Positions 16,242-21,309 of a stretch of 21,309 bases of DNA are shown in pieces. How positions within the stretch are numbered: position 1 is the first letter of the stretch; every line of letters starts with the position of its first letter. The stretch is from Candidatus Micrarchaeia archaeon (GTDB lineage: Archaea > Micrarchaeota > Micrarchaeia > Anstonellales > J096): assembly GCA_041500865.1 (NCBI GenBank), contig JBGQMY010000021.1, positions 1-21,309 of the forward strand. The letters run 5' to 3'. The notes under the pieces were generated by a model that ran no database searches, had not been told where the DNA came from, and was given only the letters and a program-made list of their open reading frames with translations. The position numbers were made by a program, and so were the translations under genes.

Positions 16242-17611
16242 GCGCCATCCAGCCTCTCAATCCCTTCCATCAGCGAAAGGACTTTCGCGTCGGAAAACCT
16301 GCTTCCAAGCACCTGCATCCCAGGCCTGAATTTCCCTGCTTTTCCGAACGGCACGCTTCCTGCAGGAATTCCTGCGAGGTTCGCAGGCACCGTGAGTATA
16401 TCCGCCAAATAAAGCTCAAGCGGATTCGTCATCTTTTCACCTATTTTCCAAGGCAGGGCGCTCATCGTCGGGCCTAATAGCAGCTCGTGCTTTGACAGCG
16501 CTTTCTCTATCGCTGATTTCAGCACCGCCCTGGCCTTCAGCGTCTTGCCGTACCATGCGTCCTGGTATTCCTTTGTCGTTATGAACGTGCCGAGCAATAT
16601 CCTTCTTTTCACTTCCAGGCCAAGCTTGTCCCCGCGCAATTCGCTCACGTCCTTGACCAAGTCTTCCAAGTCCCGGCCGGTTTCCCCATACCTCAGTCCG
16701 TCGTATTTCTGCATTGCGCTGGAGAATTCAGCGAAAACCGTAAGGTAATAGATTGGTATTGCGTGCTTCAGCTCTGGTATTGATATCTCGGAAATGGAAT
16801 AGCCTTCCTTTTCCAGCTTTTCCACAAGCGAATTGAAGTTCTTTGCTATGCTTTTGTCAACGCCTTCCAAAAATTCCCTTGGGATTGCTATTTTCGGCTT
16901 TCCCCTGTATTCAAAATCCGGCTTTTCAGGCGCGCCTGATGTTGTCTGGTCCCTTCCGTCCCTGCCTGCTATGACTGAAAGCATGAGCTTTGCGTCCTTG
17001 ACGCTTCTTGAAAGAGGGCCTATCTGGTCCAGGCTCATTGCCATGTCTGAAAGGCCGTACCTTGGGACCATGCCGTATGTCGGCTTCATGCCTATAACGC
17101 CGCAGAATGAGGCCGGGCACCTTATTGAGCCGCCTGTGTCTGAGCCAAGCGCAATTTCGGCAAAACCTGCTGCGACTGACGCTGCGCTGCCTCCGCTGCT
17201 GCCGCCTGGCACATAATCAACGTCAAGCGGGTTCCTTGTGATTTTCATTGCGCTTTTTGTCGTGTCGCTGCCGCATGCAAACTCGTCCAGGTTCGCGCTG
17301 CCTATGATTATTCCGTCTTCGGCCTCTATGCGCTCAACAACCGATGCACTGTATGGGGCTGTATATTTTTCCAGCATCTTGGAGCCGCACGTCAGCAGCT
17401 TTCCTGTGTATGCAATGTTGTTCTTTATCGCGATTGCCTTCCCTGCCAGCTTTCCAATCTTCTTTTTGGCTTTCGCCTTGTCGTCAAGCTCCTTTGCCTT
17501 TGCAAGCGCCTCCTTTTCGTATATCTCTATGAATGCGCCTATCCCCTTGTCCTCTTTCCTGATTTTCTCAAGAAGCTCCGAGATGCGCTGTATGTGTTCT
17601 CCCATAAGCAT
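16238..17611 (-). CDS. gatA: Amidotransferase subunit A (amidase signature)
   Basis: IAIKNNI, NLDEFACGS, PGGSSGGSAASVA, LGSDTGGSIRCPASFCG, YDGLRYG, EVKRRILLGT. Confidence 0.97.
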   Translation of the reverse strand: MLMGEHIQRISELLEKIRKEDKGIGAFIEIYEKEALAKAKELDDKAKAKKKIGKLAGKAIAIKNNIAYTGKLLTCGSKMLEKYTAPYSASVVERIEAEDGIIIGSANLDEFACGSDTTKSAMKITRNPLDVDYVPGGSSGGSAASVAAGFAEIALGSDTGGSIRCPASFCGVIGMKPTYGMVPRYGLSDMAMSLDQIGPLSRSVKDAKLMLSVIAGRDGRDQTTSGAPEKPDFEYRGKPKIAIPREFLEGVDKSIAKNFNSLVEKLEKEGYSISEISIPELKHAIPIYYLTVFAEFSSAMQKYDGLRYGETGRDLEDLVKDVSELRGDKLGLEVKRRILLGTFITTKEYQDAWYGKTLKARAVLKSAIEKALSKHELLLGPTMSALPWKIGEKMTNPLELYLADILTVPANLAGIPAGSVPFGKAGKFRPGMQVLGSRFSDAKVLSLMEGIERLDGA

Positions 17612-17907
17612 CAGTCCAGGGATTTCGGCGCCACAAGCAGCCTGCCGTCCTTTTTCGTGAATTGGCCGGCTATGCGGTCTGCCTCTTTCCTGTTTGCGCC
17701 TTTTGCGGCCCCAATATCGGTCCTTAGCTTCCCGTTGCCCCCGGACACGTAGAACAGCTGCTCATCGCCTGAGCCAAGCTCGCTTATGCTTGAGAACTGC
17801 TTGAATATCTCGCCGAACTCGGCCTCAAGCCTGGATATCTCCGCGTCGCTGAGCCTTATCCTGGCAAGCTCGGACATCCTGGCAACGGTCTCCTTGTCTA
17901 TCTTCAT
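17611..17907 (-). CDS. gatC: Amidotransferase subunit C
   Basis: MKIDKETVARMSELARIRLSDAE...LRTD...LVAPK. Overlaps the gatA start by 1 nt. Own TATA-like TTTTTAA at ~17944-17950. Confidence 0.9.
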   Translation of the reverse strand: MKIDKETVARMSELARIRLSDAEISRLEAEFGEIFKQFSSISELGSGDEQLFYVSGGNGKLRTDIGAAKGANRKEADRIAGQFTKKDGRLLVAPKSLD

Positions 17908-18007
17908 TTATCGCACCGGATGATGGGTATGCCCTGTAAAGCGTTAAAAACCTTGCCGCTATGCCGGCTTTTGGACAAAAAGATATTCCCCTGAGGATAA
18001 ATCTGCA

Positions 18008-19054
18008 TCAGGACTTCTCAAGTTTCTTTCCTTCAGTCTCGATCTCTTTTGCGTAATCCGTATGAATGATTTGTTTTACAAAATCTATCCTATCCTTTGG
18101 CGGTATCTTGTCATATTTGGCCTTGCCAAGCGCATACATGAGCTTCTGCGTGGCGGTCTGGATTGTCATATCCCCTCCTGAAATTGCGCCCAATTGGAGA
18201 GGGACCGCGCCGACTTCGTATATTCCCATGTCTGCGGCGCCCTGCGGGCACTGCGTCACGACAACGAGCGGCTTATTCATTGAGACTGCCCTTTCTATGC
18301 CCCTGTAATAAACATTCGGTATGTTGCCAGCCCCAAAGCCTGCAAAGACTGCGCCATGGACGTTTTTCATTGCAAGGATTTTCGTGAACGTGTCTACGCT
18401 CAGGCCTGATGCCGGATAGAAAAACGCTACGTTTGTATCGAATCCAGTAAACAGCCGCAGTTCTCCGCCATGCCTCCTTATCCGGTGCTCGCACTCGAAA
18501 AATTCGATACCCACCTTTCCTATTGTCGGTGTTCTGGGGGATGTGAACGCGGTAAGCGCAGACTCGTCATATTTCATGGCGCGGACTGCGCGGTATACGC
18601 CCTCATTAAAGACTATTGCCACTTCCCCATAGTCCATGGTAGCTGCTTTTATCGCGGAACGCACATTGTGCGGGCCATCAGAGTCGTCATTGTAGATTGA
18701 CATCTGGGCGCCTGTCAGGATTATCGGTTTCCCGAGCCCCTGGACCATAAACGTAAGCGCTGCGCCAGTCTCGACCATGGAGTCTGTTCCATGGATTATG
18801 ACAAATCCATCAAATTTGGAGGCATTTTTATATATTTTTTCTGCCAATTCCGCGCGCTCCTTGGTAGTCATATTGGTGCTGTCAATCAGCTTCGGCAGCC
18901 TTTCCACTTCAACATCGGCGATTTTTGAAATGCCTTTTACCATGGGAGTAATGCAATGATCCACTGGCCGGTATATTTTGTCCCGCCCCATTTTCTGGAC
19001 TATTGTGCCGCCTGTTTCAATGACAAGCACTCTTGGTTATGCAATTGTTGCCAT
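18008..19054 (-). CDS. ansA: L-asparaginase type I-like protein; in-frame TAA at codon 6 if ATG 19054 is the start (open frame from GTG 19030)
   Basis: ETGGTI, IDSTNM, IIHGTDSM, PIILTGAQ, GFGAGNIP, VVTQC, QKLMYALG. Lacks the GatD N-terminal domain. ATG GCA ACA ATT GCA TAA CCA AGA GTG at 19054-19028. Confidence 0.85.
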
Positions 19055-19122
19055 GGGGTTTACCTATGGCTTATTGTGGTTAATAAGGTATTTAAATGGA
19101 GAGCATCAGGCGGAAAGTCCTC

Positions 19123-20463
19123 CTACGGCCGTATCCTCTGCCTGTCCCTCGGGAACATGACCGCTTCCCTGACGTTCTCCAGCTTGCACACGGCCATCGT
19201 CAGCCTGTCCAGCCCTATGCTCCACCCTGCATGCGGCGGAGCCCCGCACCTGAATGCGTCCAGGTACGACTTGAAATGCGCAGGGTCCATTCCCCTTGCC
19301 GCTATCTGTTTTTCCAAAAGCTCCGGAATGTGGATGCGCTGCGCCCCCGAGCATATCTCCATCCCCCGGTATATCAGGTCAAATGACCTGCATATCTTCG
19401 GGTTGTCCTCTTTTGGCATGGAATAGAACGCCCTTATCGCAGTCGGATAGTCCCTTATGATGACTGCCTCGCTTTTGGAAAGCGTGCATATCTTGGCTTC
19501 CTGCTCTTTTGAGAAATCGTCGCCGAACCTTATCTTCTCGCCATCCACGGCAAGCATGCTTACGGCGTCTGAATAGTCAATCTCAGGCACTTTTTCCGGG
19601 ACCTTCAGCTCAACGCCAAGCGACTTCAGCTCCGCCTTGTTCACATCAGCAACATGCCTGAGCATGCCCAAGAACGTCTTTGAAAGTATCCTTATCACGT
19701 CGTCGTCATTCGCAAACGCCATCTCTATGTCCATCTGCAGTATCTCGTTTATGTGGAACGGGCCCTCGTGCTTTTCGGCCCTGAAGACCGGCGTTGTCAT
19801 GGAAACCCTTTCCATGCCGCCTATGACCGCCATCTGCTTGTAGAACTGCGGGCTCTGGCCCAAAAACGCGGGCTTGTCAAAATAGTCTATCTTGAAAAGC
19901 TGCGCCCCGCCTTCGGTTGAAGCCCCGACTATGCATGCAGGCGTTATCTCCTCAAAGCCCATGCCTGAAAGTTCCTCCCTAAACGAAGATTCAAGCGATG
20001 CCCTGATGTTGAAAACCGCCCTTGTCTTTTCCCGCCTCAGGTCAAGCGCGCGGTTGTCAAGCCGCGTCCCAAGCCCTGGCTCATCCTTCTGCTCAGGGTA
20101 GAACGCAGGGACCTGGTAAACCTTGCCAAGCACAGCCAAGGTTTCAGCCTCTATCTCGATGCCGCCAGGCGCCCTAGTATCTTTTTTGACCTTTCCGCGC
20201 ACCTGGACCGCAGCCTCCCTTTCCGGCTTTTCAGCAGGCTTGAACGGTATCTTCGCCTGTATCCTTCCGCTCCCGTCCCTTATGATTGCAAACGCGATTG
20301 CGCCCATCTCCCTATATGAATGCACCCAGCCGGCTATGGTCAGCGTTTTTCCATCGTCGGCTTCGGAAACGTCCGATATGTACCTGTCTTTCATTGACGT
20401 AGAAAGCGTTTCCTTGGCCTTAATCCCTGTTCCCTTCACTGCCATGCACCTGCTGATACTCAT
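19123..20463 (-). CDS. aspS: Archaeal-type non-discriminating aspartyl-tRNA(Asp/Asn) synthetase
   Basis: AGWVH and RAPGG (His and Pro typical of ND enzymes), RLDNRALDLR, STEGGAQLF, QSPQFYKQ, FRAEKH, EICSGAQRIH, PPHAGWSIGLDRL, MFPRD. Start is probably 20463 or slightly downstream, not 20673. Confidence 0.95.
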   Translation of the reverse strand: MSISRCMAVKGTGIKAKETLSTSMKDRYISDVSEADDGKTLTIAGWVHSYREMGAIAFAIIRDGSGRIQAKIPFKPAEKPEREAAVQVRGKVKKDTRAPGGIEIEAETLAVLGKVYQVPAFYPEQKDEPGLGTRLDNRALDLRREKTRAVFNIRASLESSFREELSGMGFEEITPACIVGASTEGGAQLFKIDYFDKPAFLGQSPQFYKQMAVIGGMERVSMTTPVFRAEKHEGPFHINEILQMDIEMAFANDDDVIRILSKTFLGMLRHVADVNKAELKSLGVELKVPEKVPEIDYSDAVSMLAVDGEKIRFGDDFSKEQEAKICTLSKSEAVIIRDYPTAIRAFYSMPKEDNPKICRSFDLIYRGMEICSGAQRIHIPELLEKQIAARGMDPAHFKSYLDAFRCGAPPHAGWSIGLDRLTMAVCKLENVREAVMFPRDRQRIRP

Positions 20464-20577
20464 GGATATCACAAGGCAAATATTTTTTAACTGTGCGATA
20501 GGCCCAATATGGGCAAAAGACGCCCTGGATTCCGATAAACGCCATATTTTTATAACGTTGATCCGAAAACAAGCCCA

Positions 20578-21288
20578 ATGGCAGGGATAAACATAGCAAA
20601 GGGGCTTACGTTGACCGAATACTCGGCAGCAGTGCTTGAAAAAGAACAGGTTGGCGTCATAGCGGACCTGCACATAGGCATGGAGGAGACGGGCATGATA
20701 TCCACGCGGGTGCAGACCGCGGAGATAATGAAAAAAACCAAGATGCTCATAAGGGATTACGGGCTAAGCACGCTCGTGCTCAACGGCGACCTCAAGTTCT
20801 CGTTCGGGAGGGGCCTGAGGCAGGAATGGGACGAGCTGGCCAACTATATTGGCGAAATGAAAAAGTCAGTCAGGATAATCGCGATAAAGGGGAACCACGA
20901 CCTGTACCTGCAGAACATCATGAGGGGCATTGAGATAAAGGAGATATACGAAACAGGCGGCTTCAGGGTGACGCACGGCAACCTTGACCTGGAGCCTTCC
21001 AAAAAGCTGCTGACGATAATAGGGCATGACCATCCTGCAGTCAAGGTCAGGGACGAGCTGGGCGCGATGCACGAATACCAGGCCTATATGTTCATGAAAA
21101 AGGAGAACGTCCTTGTGCTGCCTGCGTTCAACCCGTTGAGCATCGGGTTCAACATAGTGAACGAGCAACGGTGGCTGAGCCCGATGCTCAGCAAGTGCAA
21201 TGTCCAAAACGCGGAAATCTACGCAATAGCGGAGGACGAGGTTGTTGGCATAGGGAAGCTCGATAAGCTCAACAGGATGTTCCGCTGA
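20578..21288 (+). CDS. Calcineurin-like metallophosphoesterase (ICC-like/MPE, the type often linked to Lhr)
   Basis: IADLHIG, LNGDL, KGNHD, THG, GHDHPAV, LPAFNPL. TTTTTATAA at ~20547-20555. Confidence 0.9.
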   Translation: MAGINIAKGLTLTEYSAAVLEKEQVGVIADLHIGMEETGMISTRVQTAEIMKKTKMLIRDYGLSTLVLNGDLKFSFGRGLRQEWDELANYIGEMKKSVRIIAIKGNHDLYLQNIMRGIEIKEIYETGGFRVTHGNLDLEPSKKLLTIIGHDHPAVKVRDELGAMHEYQAYMFMKKENVLVLPAFNPLSIGFNIVNEQRWLSPMLSKCNVQNAEIYAIAEDEVVGIGKLDKLNRMFR

Positions 21289-21309
21289 AGTGCAAGGCTG
21301 GCATAGGCA

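Noticed and set aside
18008..19054. Calling the asparaginase-like gene gatD
   Set aside because: It lacks the GatD N-terminal domain, and the neighbouring subunit is GatB, not GatE.
20464..20673. N-terminal extension of AspRS in the ORF track
   Set aside because: It overlaps the divergent phosphoesterase gene and both promoter regions, so it is an artefact of longest-ORF calling.

Overview
Archaeal genomic window, most likely DPANN/Micrarchaeota-like. The evidence is archaeal TATA/BRE promoters, Alba, a DRG GTPase, an archaeal non-discriminating AspRS and a three-unit (epsilon2-type) tRNA splicing endonuclease. From left to right: a large secreted subtilase with a glycine-rich repeat region (minus strand, runs off the window, absent from the ORF track), DRG GTPase, a candidate promoter-driven ~67-nt structured RNA facing a DUF3800-type RNase H-fold gene, an unlisted 44-aa antitoxin-like ORF, endA, an AlkD-like repair gene, alba and lhr helicase. 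Next is a small accessory patch (helical-repeat protein and ASCH protein bracketed by a duplicated, decayed copy of the lhr 3' end, then an AT-rich HNH gene), an ABC-2 exporter with a long coiled-coil ectodomain, an aspS(ND)-asparaginase-gatCAB cluster and a metallophosphoesterase. The best candidates for new biology are the DUF3800 + ncRNA (+ small protein) module at 4184-5108 and the lhr 3'-end duplication marking an integration hotspot. All family assignments are by motif recognition, not database search.
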